A stretch of DNA of 53,509 bases from a virus. Its lineage: Duplodnaviria > Caudoviricetes. Shown here piece by piece: positions 43,201 to 51,254 of this stretch. The notes under the pieces were generated by a model. The model ran no database searches. It was given only the letters and a program-made list of their open reading frames with translations, and was not told the DNA's origin. Where the stretch lies: the IMG/VR virus record IMGVR_UViG_3300028045_000002, positions 1-53,509 of that record. One strand, written 5' to 3'. A program made the translations under genes and the position numbers. How positions within the stretch are numbered: the stretch's first letter is position 1; each line of letters begins with the position of its first letter.

Positions 43201-44882
43201 GACAGAACTCGTGGGGCCATAGCGACACCATGCTTGGCCAAGTCCTTCCACATCTCCCCCTGCCATTCCTTGGCAGCCTGCTTGAACACTGGATTCAGGT
43301 CTTTCAGGATTTGCTTTGTGTCACCACGCTTTGCCAAAGAGATAAGCTCTTCACCGGCCAGCCTCATGTCTGACCTCTCGGCTATCTCGCCACCACGAAG
43401 CAAGAACTCACCGTTGGTCCGTGCAAGATCATTGATCTCATTTCTCTCGGTCTCAGTCAGATTCTTCTTCTTGCTCCAGCCCCTGAGCTTGCGGAGGGTC
43501 TTACCAAGAGAGCCCGTCTTGCCGATGGTATCCATCGAGATCTTGGTGCCAAGCATCTTGTTAACGCTGCCAGCACTAAGCTGGTAGACATCATTTAGCA
43601 TGATGTTATTAACCTTGCGGAGGCCTTCTGCGGTCTTCTGGTGCATGTTGACACCTTGGATTGAGCGGTTACGCTTCAACCCATAAGCGTCAATAATGTC
43701 GTTGATCGCCCCATGTTTTGATCCCCACCAAAGGTTCGGGACCATCTTGACAACACCGCCAATGAGAGCGCCAGCCTGAAGCCCATGCTTCACGGACTCC
43801 GGCACATCATGTACCAGCTGTCTTACACCTTCCTCACTCCAGTCGTTGTGAGCCACACCGTGGACAACAGTATGAGCAAGATTGAAAGCTCCAAACTCAA
43901 GGCTGGTCTCCAAGGCATTCCGGACCTGCCTTGCAACGAATCGACCCCACTTGTTGGTGATCATCTGCTCAACGCTGTTGATCGACCCTTTCTTTAGGCC
44001 GGTTTCGATGATCTTCATTACATGAGCGCCCTCTTCAGCCGTAAGCTTCCTGCCTAAGTGACGCTCAAATGCCTGAGATATCCTGCCAGTTGAAGCGCTG
44101 GCGGCATCATCCAAGATGTTCTTAGATGCCTTCTCAATGAAAGCCTTACTGCCAACACCGAGATCTTTCATCGACTTGGTGAGGTTCTTGCCCTGCCACT
44201 TGAACAGCTTGATGCTGTCTGATCCCCTAAGGATGCCTGAGGCGGCAACGCCAAGATCTGCCGAAACCTCATTGAACAGACTGCCTTCAGCCTTTATCCC
44301 CACAGCCTTCATAGTCTTCTTGGCCAGAGTGCCAGCCTCTTTGTCCAGCCCCATGGCTATACCGTGACCACGCCGAGATACCGTTGGAGTCTTACCGAAG
44401 AACCTCAGTATGCCACGCTCAGCCTTACCCGCAGCCCGAGCGCCAACAGCAAGCTTTGCAAATTTGGCAGGAGCGCCATAGGGGACAAGGAAGCCCGCTA
44501 CTGAACCAATACCAGAAGCAAGCTTCTCCTCAGTTGTGTCAATAAAGTCCGGATCAAGACCCAGCTTCTTAGCCAGTCCAGTGCCAAGGCCGAATGTCGC
44601 TGAGTCAGCGAAGCCCCAGAGAGCCGCTCCTGCGATGGAGAAAGCATTGGACTCTCCACTCATGGGCTTGCTTTGCAATGCAGTAGGGCGGCTCTTGATG
44701 GCCTGAGAGCCATCTTGGAAGTACTCATCAAGAGCTTCCCTTGCAGTGGCCTCTATGAGGGGATCGTTATCTTTGAGGCCAGAGCTGTCGATTACGGCCC
44801 TGACCCTGTCAACGAGATATTTGTGGAAGTTTGGATCTATTGCAGATTTGGATTGCAATTCATTCTGAAGCAGCGGGTCCAT
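31290..44882 (-). CDS. 4530-aa polyvalent virion protein containing a putative single-chain two-barrel RNA polymerase, plus zincin, papain-like and ART-like domains
   Basis: HEIGH (aa ~876); LDGAAYLR..FKGQF..DK..IDMVSIGDSTK (from aa ~1792); C-H-D insert (aa ~1918); MPRT..RLERDTDGDVVYF (aa ~2458); VYRG..TSVT..AREYA (aa ~2609). Lies in the ejection-protein position. Confidence 0.8.
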   Translation of the reverse strand: MDPLLQNELQSKSAIDPNFHKYLVDRVRAVIDSSGLKDNDPLIEATAREALDEYFQDGSQAIKSRPTALQSKPMSGESNAFSIAGAALWGFADSATFGLGTGLAKKLGLDPDFIDTTEEKLASGIGSVAGFLVPYGAPAKFAKLAVGARAAGKAERGILRFFGKTPTVSRRGHGIAMGLDKEAGTLAKKTMKAVGIKAEGSLFNEVSADLGVAASGILRGSDSIKLFKWQGKNLTKSMKDLGVGSKAFIEKASKNILDDAASASTGRISQAFERHLGRKLTAEEGAHVMKIIETGLKKGSINSVEQMITNKWGRFVARQVRNALETSLEFGAFNLAHTVVHGVAHNDWSEEGVRQLVHDVPESVKHGLQAGALIGGVVKMVPNLWWGSKHGAINDIIDAYGLKRNRSIQGVNMHQKTAEGLRKVNNIMLNDVYQLSAGSVNKMLGTKISMDTIGKTGSLGKTLRKLRGWSKKKNLTETERNEINDLARTNGEFLLRGGEIAERSDMRLAGEELISLAKRGDTKQILKDLNPVFKQAAKEWQGEMWKDLAKHGVAMAPRVLSSAVITEPEFFGSLLSGEGGSYLTKHGLDWVDMATSLTFATMMASHSAFETPVAARPITDSRYKGYMQARAMLAGVPISRPDDSPFATISMDVAFRKYQDLTEKFWESEGVKKRLGPLRESVLKALETAPEGAIPEGEFGKNVTHWLRRLNIDSKNLSPGKIAAVQALFEEHIPLGVGGKGPGYLELETFDRIYFGEELHKLGRKYLEVEGDLLGTVMQADEQSASAMAKSKIVEQAVKAFPDVPEAQVRSAVDLLEARANAWGVAEGKDPAEWYASRLASVEKGEGEKKASITFMEDGRAVIRGLNAPNLQSLVHEIGHLFRRDLGGEHLAIIESEFGIKDGKWQKKHEERFAKLFERYLESGKAPNDSMKTVFQRLSGWLKSIFSTMKKNDTLPAMSEGVEKAIHSLFGTGKIPVSAKTGLLKNKRPLRIEVEGDVSTPAELELFAKAERTGQSLFPGVVHEVLTVDSPQQSRELAERLGAIDKGVGDHLGGGRGLESLSALRDFAYFAPHTRVHGIMSGETLFQGDTPELEEVRGLVQDIHKMWGDGPALAPTGDSPAERIMAMVAKTESVTKGRAVKEVTLTLAQSNVLEANYAKVGEKGINLLNIAEQTGVVTGKNLALLAGGDVTNAAHRLVNSLEIIGAAEPGGQLKVDIGPAVESVIGATGAFWLRDMVKEMKKVGILRDPMKGVDGVPPEDTLNVLKAIVLGGNSEARYDASQRLSSIMLSEGHLPESVARIGNALNHVNPAYASYIYTSLSGMGIISPEMSLMTAKSTIHKDVTAKRINEAMDAIEGEFMANEVLRADIESRFMNEDGRKVFQIKENQGFEITGHRDFISNLGLDPRIERVAQLMTHEAMKRKVEKGQGISPEDIRSALVEGLLGGKDENGAYSFSGIRDPEWVEQAIKHVTEGGKAPEINDSVRNGRWGGSPVSEKMLNHLAHVVSQSTAGETLTITATMAENKSTGKTEYNSKIKTRVHGFISRGLGGMVDAIKKSGATVRTVDKIDVEKLKYVRDENGEWVKDGKGEMVPLDSFEPIREALETLDGLSALIIPGNADSMLAVSFDAPKAREQVQGLLNELFKVEQGGGKRLKSWMKSHQAEALLSFLNSKPGSAKWDANKISNELSMAWLGSSVDKATFENLLNPDVAGKSIADYANRLNSIYGRDFMRLDYGPGTTQWKKFRESDFGKRKLAEDAEWDGGLNVFFLENATPEIMAEMKAAGLNRAPLDGAAYLRQDAARVAAYVMGKDYSDAFKGQFFASHPDRDFFYLDKPMFRNDSYTEAFMNKLEQLTGQKIDMVSIGDSTKIKPTGVEWADVRALEGKSEAKPPLELKPFELKIGELGKGTTATVEKNLCVRCANKVQHQLMNQGLDSKVVIIDAKSPAGNFNIQHWVAVTEIAGKRYIVDHPQSEFMGTGTVEAGGEFRNAMADWHSGEITRDLRNLDTLVRAIGVELREMFTGNYGQDAIDMGGMTQGKPLFTDVVSSGHERFPTYTGKYGDYEVRLDTNSNDFEYRSLVPTKGIVVKDTQFRPRLIEATQKAMKEAYGTGSKKSLKAVMDAKIKSSEMPIAGGKKDASASVMKNALNIRELGLKEFDHKIYPLTESHVGEIFSVGNDAHEMFYRLREEGLQALYAPEGPFWKMMTGDIGPETLGSLVGGRLAEASLEDAGSIYQRNVVADILAAERISPGLFLDPTDLYDTIANRSIKRGLFKAKQRGGFGAHIFDDLSGTLQKGQVRIPYEVASRRLTENTKIYVGDKPYAANDVKLWEQVIEARGGDKEQATTLAEYFGNKKSIQEYRDKLDFELVDAIGRLEMEFGADGPNTQSLGGLLKVVDHLAKDTAWHTEEFKGIDMLGHSMPRTGPHDRKPFHAREVAESRDTKFVEMNHEDITRLERDTDGDVVYFHYDTPQKLRDHISEMSKYEINPEILTGMKEILADPAGYKDMWEYNASQREYKKRIGMVANFMRDVTALAQLGISSRDADGKYLIGGVFDGIETTKDFLDVISGKKPAKIKLPDAKEGGTREEYYGTTDSDWGGATQRKDRVYRGQSGAFKVDAEGNLILPAAKDDMFSRRFPGKGVGTSVTGDLSQAREYAITRFNGKARDAKAMRESEPETFDVSENIEGESTPTVVEIDKATFEAALKRGKVETLEGQESSVDGLAGETRTVSSAPIKIKAGKFKISKLEPGGKDFEAAVDGEILPVKAGSYSSTGKEVDHWLTTKVEMPDGTKKELSLLEYMFLNSKAYTDGKKMKLKPAWHGAKGEVTPGWYKTLWEMVLPAHGLKTGEKDAGEAASTAIQATRKDFSRGLGDINRVIQPDRANAKEVGIVAKIEAFNTLKNIVDGGSNLDMKRPLSFGADAKGRLTVNNGTLTHKMVATAGSLFSDLYSMNPANIDSYFSVITSGLPEIRRMEKEGLPSEVIDNYRKELVTRAEETSLTPKITGGMHRVYTQELFSRYLANDHISNASSIVPEKTKENKDSIKVLERVEETLWDNVSKNSMMVNDLGTMLRGYTNNGVMRTTSRNLAENHQFSHITPTKVGKAWEFKGLTQVDLQYGIAKAIDRLYNPEAYIGKLHSEKARGAIHTALGTRRGVTIPNATSYDTIMHILLQLHNGAVGPLGKQGKAGRWGKVPRLVHNGTKWVGVAMPMRSPDAAIYEPRGAKAAAVKIGKMMQANVGKDLKGLELKDTAIFYTADGRVKYVSKSALRAIAPENSPLRAIANTAYDGQVYYAEDYNVPAFNKMLTQSTLDTNYRSDRLFRLDLEIQSAELRKELERGLQRPNRKVSQAVIIEDTGAQPAETFYHSGEISNKKLVKLHESERKLAEEILDHPILGGVIKDMYFDHGARVEEAMKMISDIGGYTAGLDVPTWKNLRDARYNLEKSLGRMGKGGVNLFLEKTLLPRSFVNRVPILKRWYKDWIRASAQKRNAAKVVADVQKHIYDIFDGILNTKGNIFQRPKIAIRGLSAMAQHTKHKKLVAEHADLERAAHTIEYDTEMDHIPVNQRNQVMSQVEGKVLPHDAPNRVRTAYKQLQKGQNPEIPASRDVWNRYLKLRERITELEEVITSAEAGGVAAVALDTFLGRLSGSGSVVRDELFGRDKKARLRALKRLGIDASPVHHRLPKHSRVIFVDRDGESIYSGQLLGEASKDTYRISVSRKDGDRPEIIVVDKDLVDVAHGKAREMQGTIDEAIAREAKVERAQTIKEITDTFGADTASKLEKLSVEVAEMHEKLWPIVQDSHAHNVAYTRYRLRHVGVSEKEITEFIEKYMPQLRASNISVGYMHRVRPGAVYTSSLAKEAWRDKTLVGDVTGRLSDFERLMGQWTAKQEHIFARDRSLKKPPTFLEYADKYYEEYGQYQGTPYIAPPMGAIRSRVGVPRSMEGEFSWRFSPSATMSIETYGAQVQSAAYVSRMNHNYERVLNWVHNSKRVLNGHVGGEFAKRKEWLKAVTTIGEFFERHRRDSLFHSLDEKGERRRHIANAILAWQAFAKIGYNLKTIVQNSTQALMHGTKVGWSAMMAGKAWMETEEGKRILHSEALDWDPSTAPYLLHKEDSIFDGLFQGVRPRHWTEKLIKSMDTFVDKSQALRMLAMSEMSLHKWAFSTAFSQARSSIGENEEIRSAFEHLPETVAARELAASRNGEQFDRFAYLQRFGVHERELDLWHGETGGSPGSLEPADRYWKKKYQGFLEKKAIDIAHDARIFINGDYSTAGRPEWFRTNWGRFIFQFRLFDVIFGTYMAESGNELARRTKDEYKAFKATRKMTPEQKTEYREEAGLSGDSQHFAGQGVVPEAAWMIRLGALIPFLQVVSGVLNADMGGWFEPTAISIVQGMADFVSDDEEKRKRAFYKRPVASQLSGPAISDMMDIMAWMGFHKLQNDSRLSQFFFGSKIWADTPLEEKERKLAEKFSSAGSRYAFRTLPMIARGQQAEALKQMLISPDYAGMKKVQGLRDAKDKKEVAKLLFGLANPLN

Positions 44883-44933
44883 CTCTTCTCCTCAGCATAG
44901 GGTATTAACCCATTTTGGCTAAAGTTTTGCATT

Positions 44934-46589
44934 CTACTGAAACGGGAAAGGGTCGTTATCAACAGGCTCAGGCTCAGGGTCTAGAGCAGACACTGGGCGA
45001 GGAAAATCTTCACCCTGTCTGCTTCTTCCAATAAATTCCTGATTAAGGTCGATCTTTGTCTTCCTCACTTTGTTGCCCAAGATTCCTGCAAGCCCACCAG
45101 CGTCTTCCCTGATCTCGCCAAAGTCTTTCTTGATTTGACCAAAGTCAGGCATGCTGATCTTTCTCTTTGGCTTCTCGGCTTCATCAATAGCTTCGTTGAA
45201 CTGGCCGTTCAGGGAACCAAGCATTTCAGCAAACATCTTGCTGACATCCCCGACTGCATCGGCAAGCATTATCCCCGGCTTGCTGGGGTCTATAGTCTCG
45301 AAGAAACCTGGCTTGTCCATTGTGGCTTCAAACTCAGCTACCACATCGTCATCTATTGGGCTAAGAGCTAGTCCGGGTGGTCCAGTAGCTGGGCGCATGA
45401 TCCCGTGATCACTGAAGTTCATCTTGCCAAGGTCTTCGTTAGAGGCGATCTTTGCACCAATCTTCAGGTAAGACTCCAGGTTTGTGGTGCCATCAAGGAG
45501 ATTCGCATTACTCATGTCTCCACTGAAAAGGCTCACCAGCTTTACTGCCGCCATCCGCTGAGCGTGAAGTGTCTTCTTCAGGACTGGCCCATTAACGCCA
45601 TACTGCCGCTCGTTCATCAGCCATCTGTTAACTGGAGCGTCTTCTGGCTTGACATCAGCTCCGGAGGCATACTGGGAAGCCCATGCTTCATCACCGGCAA
45701 GGATTTTCTTGTAGGCTGGAGAGTAGTTTGCTGGGTCTGGTTCATTCCAGCTCTCCTCAAGAGCCGTTCTCAAGGCCTTGCCAAGCTTTGGAAGGGCCTG
45801 AACCATCTGCATTGGGCCAACATAGTCATAACCACTATCCCTAGCTGCCAGCGATGCCCCTTGACGCATCCCGTCATACAGGCCAATGACAGCATTGAGC
45901 TTCTTCATGTCATCAGGGTTGGTTGGGTCAATGCTCTCAAAGTTGAGGTCTTTTGCCTTGAAGCCAGTGGCCTTCTGGAACCCCTTGTCACGCAACCTGA
46001 ACACACCGTCGCTACCGGCCAAGTTGAGGCCGTCAAAGAAGGACTCACCAGCACCAGTCAGACCAATAGGTATTGGATTGCCGTTGTTGTCAGCGCCCCA
46101 GACAAAGCCCCAGCTCATAGCTGTCCTGAACGACTCATCAGCATCGTGCTTCAATGTGTCGTACATGCTGGCAGTAGTCTCTATGCTGGATTGAGTAAGC
46201 CCAGCCAGTCCAGTGGCGGCCTTAAGGTTCTCGTTAATAATGCCAAGGTGTCTGGTTGACTCCTCGTGCTCAAGAGCCTCAATTTGATGGGTGTGCAACT
46301 CTTTTGCTCTAGCAGCCTCTTCACCACGAATAACCATACCCTGCTCAGTTTCAGCACCACGGATCTTCTGAGAGGTCACAGCCATTTCAGCCTGAAGCTT
46401 CTCGATACCGAGCTTGCCCTTCTGAATGCGCTCATCAGAGGCCATCAGCTCTCTTTGAATATTAAGCTTCGTCTGCTCAATGCTGAGTCTTGACGTATCA
46501 AGAAGTGTCCCGGTTATAGTCCTTGCCATCTTTGCAGCAATAGCGCTCCAGCCGCCAGTGAATGGTCTAGCAACTTGTATCTGGGCCAT
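44934..46589 (-). CDS. Putative internal virion/ejection protein
   Basis: Helical/coiled-coil composition; directly upstream of the giant gene. Confidence 0.6.
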   Translation of the reverse strand: MAQIQVARPFTGGWSAIAAKMARTITGTLLDTSRLSIEQTKLNIQRELMASDERIQKGKLGIEKLQAEMAVTSQKIRGAETEQGMVIRGEEAARAKELHTHQIEALEHEESTRHLGIINENLKAATGLAGLTQSSIETTASMYDTLKHDADESFRTAMSWGFVWGADNNGNPIPIGLTGAGESFFDGLNLAGSDGVFRLRDKGFQKATGFKAKDLNFESIDPTNPDDMKKLNAVIGLYDGMRQGASLAARDSGYDYVGPMQMVQALPKLGKALRTALEESWNEPDPANYSPAYKKILAGDEAWASQYASGADVKPEDAPVNRWLMNERQYGVNGPVLKKTLHAQRMAAVKLVSLFSGDMSNANLLDGTTNLESYLKIGAKIASNEDLGKMNFSDHGIMRPATGPPGLALSPIDDDVVAEFEATMDKPGFFETIDPSKPGIMLADAVGDVSKMFAEMLGSLNGQFNEAIDEAEKPKRKISMPDFGQIKKDFGEIREDAGGLAGILGNKVRKTKIDLNQEFIGRSRQGEDFPRPVSALDPEPEPVDNDPFPFQ

Positions 46590-46607
46590 TAGGTCTCTCC
46601 TGACAAA

Positions 46608-47150
46608 CTAAAGATTAACGCCAAGCTTTTTGTTCGCAGCTATAATCTTGGTGTTCGTGGGGTCATAACTCTCATTCCATTCCGCAAGCCTTAGGGCATA
46701 CTCCTGCTGCTGCTGCAAAAAGTCACCCTCCATCCCGGCTTGAGTCTGCTCCATGCCAAGCCACTGGTTGCGAGCTGATTGCATCCCCTGCTCACCAAAC
46801 ATTTCAGCTTTAATTCTCTCCGCACCCACAGCAGCAGTGCCTTGAGCGGCAATGCCAGCCAACCGCTTTTGAGTTGACCCAGAATATCCCATGCCAGTTG
46901 AGTGCGATGCAGACCTGACAGCCTCCATCGTTTGCTTGCTTTGCATTGCGGCACTTCTAGCTCCGGGCTGAAACATCTCAGTAACGAGCGGAGCCCAGTA
47001 GTCCTCTCCGGTCTGCTCTTCAATGCCAGAATCTGACATATAGTTTTCGAAGTCACCAAGATTCTGAGCAGCTTGGGCCACCCCAGTATTCCGCAGTTCT
47101 CTTTCACCCTCTTTTATCTTGACTCTGGGGTCGTCTGGTGATCCACCCAT
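46608..47150 (-). CDS. Putative ejection/pilot protein
   Basis: Ala/Gln/Gly-rich helical protein; TGMGYSGS motif; podovirus core-gene position. Confidence 0.55.
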   Translation of the reverse strand: MGGSPDDPRVKIKEGERELRNTGVAQAAQNLGDFENYMSDSGIEEQTGEDYWAPLVTEMFQPGARSAAMQSKQTMEAVRSASHSTGMGYSGSTQKRLAGIAAQGTAAVGAERIKAEMFGEQGMQSARNQWLGMEQTQAGMEGDFLQQQQEYALRLAEWNESYDPTNTKIIAANKKLGVNL

Positions 47151-47159
47151 ATTGTCTCC

Positions 47160-48056
47160 TTAAGCCATATCTAGCGGGACTGAAAATGTGTCAGTATTCG
47201 ATACCAGTTCTTCACCACCGGCAGCAGGGCCGCCACCGCCAAATCCGGGCATCTTACCCATCGAATAGACGGCCAGCGCCAACTCGGCAAAGGCCGTTAT
47301 CTTATTCATTGTGTCGGCCACTTTGTTGAAGGCCCTCTGTCCGGAAGCCTTTGAAATCTGAGCGCCGGTATAGGCCGACTGGATGTCGCCCTTAATCTGC
47401 TGACTCTGAATGGCTGAGTGGGCAGCACTGGCCCTTGTAAGCGTTGCGGCTTGGGCCTGAGTCATAGCAGCGTCTTGCCTCTTGGCGGCGTTAATCGACT
47501 CCTGAGCCTTCACGAGCGTCTGCGTGAGCACGTGCATCTGGGCCGCTCCACGAGCGCCCGTCTTTGCCACATTCGCAGCCCTTGAAGCCATAGCGCTCTT
47601 GCCAGCCTTGCCAGCGATGCTTGACTTATGGGCAGCGAAAGCCCTGATGCTGTCGCCCATCATATCAGACCCTCTGGACTTGCCAGTAAGCGGCATCACG
47701 GACTTGGAGATGATCTTGTCTGACTTCTCCTCAGCCTTATCACGCTGATCCTCCGCCAGCCAGCCCATGGCTAGGTCTGTGACTAGGCCAAGGCCGCCCT
47801 TCAGGACTGTGGCCTTTTGCTGTCTGGATATTGTATCGGCACTCTTGCCGTAAGCCTCGTCACGGATATCGGCTCTGTCCTCAAGAGCCCTCATTCTTTC
47901 ATCATAGATGCCATCTATCGCTCCGGCCTGACCAACAAGCTCACGATTAAGGCGTTTGACATCTAGCACTTCAGGCGAAGTGCTGAGAACGGGAACATCC
48001 TTTTCGTCTTCATCAAGCTCAAAGTCTAGTTTCGGAATGACGTAACTCATTTTCAC
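47160..48056 (-). CDS. Putative ejection/pilot protein
   Basis: Ala-rich helices with two hydrophobic stretches; gene position. Confidence 0.55.
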   Translation of the reverse strand: MKMSYVIPKLDFELDEDEKDVPVLSTSPEVLDVKRLNRELVGQAGAIDGIYDERMRALEDRADIRDEAYGKSADTISRQQKATVLKGGLGLVTDLAMGWLAEDQRDKAEEKSDKIISKSVMPLTGKSRGSDMMGDSIRAFAAHKSSIAGKAGKSAMASRAANVAKTGARGAAQMHVLTQTLVKAQESINAAKRQDAAMTQAQAATLTRASAAHSAIQSQQIKGDIQSAYTGAQISKASGQRAFNKVADTMNKITAFAELALAVYSMGKMPGFGGGGPAAGGEELVSNTDTFSVPLDMA

Positions 48057-48102
48057 CCTCCAGTTACTACAAGTCTGCCATCAATCAATCAAGATTGCAA
48101 GT

Positions 48103-49137
48103 CTATCCGGTCAATACTATTTGACCATCACCGCCACCACCAGCATCTTCTGATTGGTATGCGCCAAGATCCATTCCCGGTGAACTCGTGCCACTCAAAT
48201 CTGCCCCTGCATTTCTGGCAGCTGATGTACTGGCCAGCGTGTAATCACTTCCCTCAGTCTCAAAACCGGGGGCATCGGTGATGTCAGACTCCTGCAAGTC
48301 TGAGGGCCAATTCGAATAATCCGTCGTGCAATTGTTGACTAGGTTGTTTTCACCTATCTGGAATGTTGGGGTCGCTTCACCAACGATGCCAACACCACAG
48401 TCGTAGATGATGTTGTTCAAAAGGACGGTTCCGCAGATCTCTGAATAGTCATCGCACTCAATTCCCTCAGTCGAATCTTTGTTGTCGCCATCCACGGTAC
48501 AGTTGATCACTAGGCCACCGGGGGCGGCAATGCCTTCATCGTCATTTGACACCGCCAAGCAGGCAAAGAACGTAACGTTGTAACTCGCCGCCCTAAGCCC
48601 TTGGCCTCCATTGCGCCACGCCTCACAGTAAGTGATCCGGTTATTGCTGGCCATGTAGAAACCATCGGATCCATTGTCAGATGCCCTGCAACGATGCATG
48701 TGACAGTAGCCGCCAATCTCAAATCCCTTGCCGCTAACGCTGTTGTTCGATTCGCAATTCTCAAACATCATTCGATAGCGACTGGCCCCATTGAAGTTGT
48801 CATAGTTCGCCCCATCCAAGATCATGTTCTTGAAGTAATAGTAGATATTCGATCCAGCAGGGAGTGCGATACAGTTGTCTTCACCTGTTCCATCAATGGT
48901 GAAGCTGCCACCATCGCCGGGAGTGGTGGTATAGCCCTCCACAACTATTGGCGACCCCAGCAACCCGTAATTCACGAGAGTCACTTGCTCTTGGTAGTCG
49001 GTCCCACCCTTAACGTGAAGATGGTCACCATCGGTTATCTGGCTGAACGCATAGTGAACAGTAGCCCACGCCAAGGCCTCAGATAAGCCAGTGTCTCCAT
49101 TGTCGCCAGTCGTAGCGTCAACATAGTAGGTAGCCAT
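48103..49137 (-). CDS. Right-handed parallel beta-helix (pectate-lyase-like) protein, tailspike/depolymerase candidate
   Basis: MATYYVDATTGDNGDTGLSEALAWATV, xNxxxG coil repeats, DYTLASTSAARNAG..DLGAYQ. Confidence 0.78.
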   Translation of the reverse strand: MATYYVDATTGDNGDTGLSEALAWATVHYAFSQITDGDHLHVKGGTDYQEQVTLVNYGLLGSPIVVEGYTTTPGDGGSFTIDGTGEDNCIALPAGSNIYYYFKNMILDGANYDNFNGASRYRMMFENCESNNSVSGKGFEIGGYCHMHRCRASDNGSDGFYMASNNRITYCEAWRNGGQGLRAASYNVTFFACLAVSNDDEGIAAPGGLVINCTVDGDNKDSTEGIECDDYSEICGTVLLNNIIYDCGVGIVGEATPTFQIGENNLVNNCTTDYSNWPSDLQESDITDAPGFETEGSDYTLASTSAARNAGADLSGTSSPGMDLGAYQSEDAGGGGDGQIVLTG

Positions 49138-51254
49138 TATGCCTCCTCAAAATACACGGTAACGCTCAATTCACCGGGGCCGCTTATTGCACTCGCACAG
49201 AATCGAAGGATGCTGTATTGAGCCAAACCCGCATTGGCAAAGCTGACATCTATTGAGTTGGCGCTACTGCTCACCTCGTCAGAGGCATAGACATCCACGC
49301 CAGCCACGAAGGGCGTGGCCCCAGCCCTCTCCTCAAGATTCCATGTCACTGTGCCGGAGGCGCACTGATGCTCAATGCGGGTGATCGTACAAGCAAATGG
49401 CACTGCAAACATCCGATGAGAATCTGTAGCCGTTGGCACATTAATACTGATACCCTTGGCAAATTTCTGCTTCATCACTGCACCGGCAGCAGCCACGTTG
49501 GTAGCATCAGTGACATCGGCTCCGGTCTCGATCCCTGACAGCTTGGATGAGTTGGCGTTCACTGTTGAGTTGTTGGCGACCTCAGTGTCAAAGTTGCTGA
49601 TCGTGTTGGCAAGCTGCTGGCCGGTGTGGACAGCCCTCGCCCTATCGGCGGCATGGTAATGTAGTGTGCTGTCACCAGCGTCCGTGAGGTCGGTTGCGTT
49701 GGTCGCTGTGATGAGGGTTACATCAGCATCCGGCATTGTGATCGTCCGGGTGTTGGCTGTGGTGATCCCACTTGCCTGGAAAGCGATCTCCTTGGTGACA
49801 TCACCATCATCCTGAATCCTGAACACGTTATCTGCGAACTCATTGCCGCCGGTAGCCCCTCCACCAGCAGCCGTGCCGGGGTAACTGCCCCGCAGGTCGT
49901 CGTTGTTCTCGACAGTGTAGGTGCCCCCAGACACGCTGACCGTAAGCCTAGCGATCAGGAACCCAACCCCTGTGAAGTCAGACGGAATCGTGTAGATCGC
50001 AGTTCCATCATCGTCGTTGGTGGCCTTGTCCCCGTTGTCGTTATCGTAGCTCCCTGACGGTAGGTTGCACATCAGCTTGCAGTCGCCTGTGACCTCATTG
50101 ACCACACCCCAGATCACGAGGTTGTAGAAGTCGCTGGATGAGCCACCCATGGTGTTGCCGTCAGCGTCCAAAACCAACCCGGTCAGGTCGCCAACCTTGT
50201 CGTAAGCTGTAGTAGGATCGTTGACAATGTAGATGTCTGACCCAGTAGCGGTGTTGAAAGCTGGCTGCGTGTGGGTGTGAAGCTGAAGCACGATCCCTGC
50301 GCTTACCGCAACATCAAGTTGACCGGCACCGGCTGTTGGGGTCAAGGCACAACCACTCTGCCATGTGGCGTTCTGCTGCCTGATCCAGTAATTCAGATGA
50401 GCTAAGTGCCCTTGGCTATTACCACAGGCCACGTGGTCTGTCCAAGCATGCATCTTGTACGGTCCGTCAGTAGCGACTGAGGCTGCACTCTGAACAAGGA
50501 CAGTCGCCACCGGAGCGTGTTCAGTTGCAGGCCAAGCAGTACTGGCCGTCAGCACCTTGGATGACTGAAGCACATAGACGTAGTTCATCGTGGGAGAGAT
50601 GTCGCTGCCAGCAGTCAGGGCAACCTGCGCTATCGGGGTGCAGTCCCAGTCGTAGACACCATCACTGAAGACCACCCTGATATCTCCGGTGCCAGACTTC
50701 TCGATGTTAGCGTAGACAGTGCCGCCTGATTCAGTGATCGTCACGGCAGGGGAGTCGAGACAGGAGGCATTCATCAACTCAAACATGTCGGTAGTATCAG
50801 TATCGAAACCTATGTCGATGTCAGTAGCATTCTCAGTTACCTCAAGCCCAGTCCCAGCAGTAAGCCCTCTGAACTCCAGATCTACGCCTGTCTTCTGCTT
50901 GAATGTGTTGACTGTACCACCGAGGTCTGACCCAGTGTTCGCCTCACCTCCACCGGCAGCAGGGAGGGTGCCGAGGGTGATCATCTTCTTGGCGTTACCG
51001 TCAGCCGAATCCTCGATTACAAGCATATCGGCATTAACCGGAGTACCCTTATTGTTGATAGCGGATATCTCCGAAGCAGTATCATCGTGGATGGCGCTGG
51101 CATCGGTGTTGGCTCCAGTGATCAGGATACCACCCACGGTAGACCCGTTGCCAATGTATACCTCATCGGTATCGGTGGCGTGTACCATCTCAGATCCTGC
51201 TGGCGTGATCGTCAGCCTCTGAGCATCAGTCATGTGCCGTATTCTCCAAGCCAT
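49137..51254 (-). CDS. Tail fibre / receptor-binding protein, ~705 aa
   Basis: Start ATG 51254 (TAATG coupling, GGAGG RBS); Mtd-like N-terminus TDTDEVYIGNGSTVGG; fibre motifs LEFRGLTAGTG, TRTITMPDA, KLSGIETGADVTD. Confidence 0.8.
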   Translation of the reverse strand: MAWRIRHMTDAQRLTITPAGSEMVHATDTDEVYIGNGSTVGGILITGANTDASAIHDDTASEISAINNKGTPVNADMLVIEDSADGNAKKMITLGTLPAAGGGEANTGSDLGGTVNTFKQKTGVDLEFRGLTAGTGLEVTENATDIDIGFDTDTTDMFELMNASCLDSPAVTITESGGTVYANIEKSGTGDIRVVFSDGVYDWDCTPIAQVALTAGSDISPTMNYVYVLQSSKVLTASTAWPATEHAPVATVLVQSAASVATDGPYKMHAWTDHVACGNSQGHLAHLNYWIRQQNATWQSGCALTPTAGAGQLDVAVSAGIVLQLHTHTQPAFNTATGSDIYIVNDPTTAYDKVGDLTGLVLDADGNTMGGSSSDFYNLVIWGVVNEVTGDCKLMCNLPSGSYDNDNGDKATNDDDGTAIYTIPSDFTGVGFLIARLTVSVSGGTYTVENNDDLRGSYPGTAAGGGATGGNEFADNVFRIQDDGDVTKEIAFQASGITTANTRTITMPDADVTLITATNATDLTDAGDSTLHYHAADRARAVHTGQQLANTISNFDTEVANNSTVNANSSKLSGIETGADVTDATNVAAAGAVMKQKFAKGISINVPTATDSHRMFAVPFACTITRIEHQCASGTVTWNLEERAGATPFVAGVDVYASDEVSSSANSIDVSFANAGLAQYSILRFCASAISGPGELSVTVYFEEA

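Noticed and set aside
31290-44882. N4/T7-type single-subunit RNAP, or inteins, in the giant protein
   Set aside because: No convincing DxxGR/motif B/HD pattern of T7-type enzymes, and the inserts lack intein termini (C...HN) and LAGLIDADG motifs.
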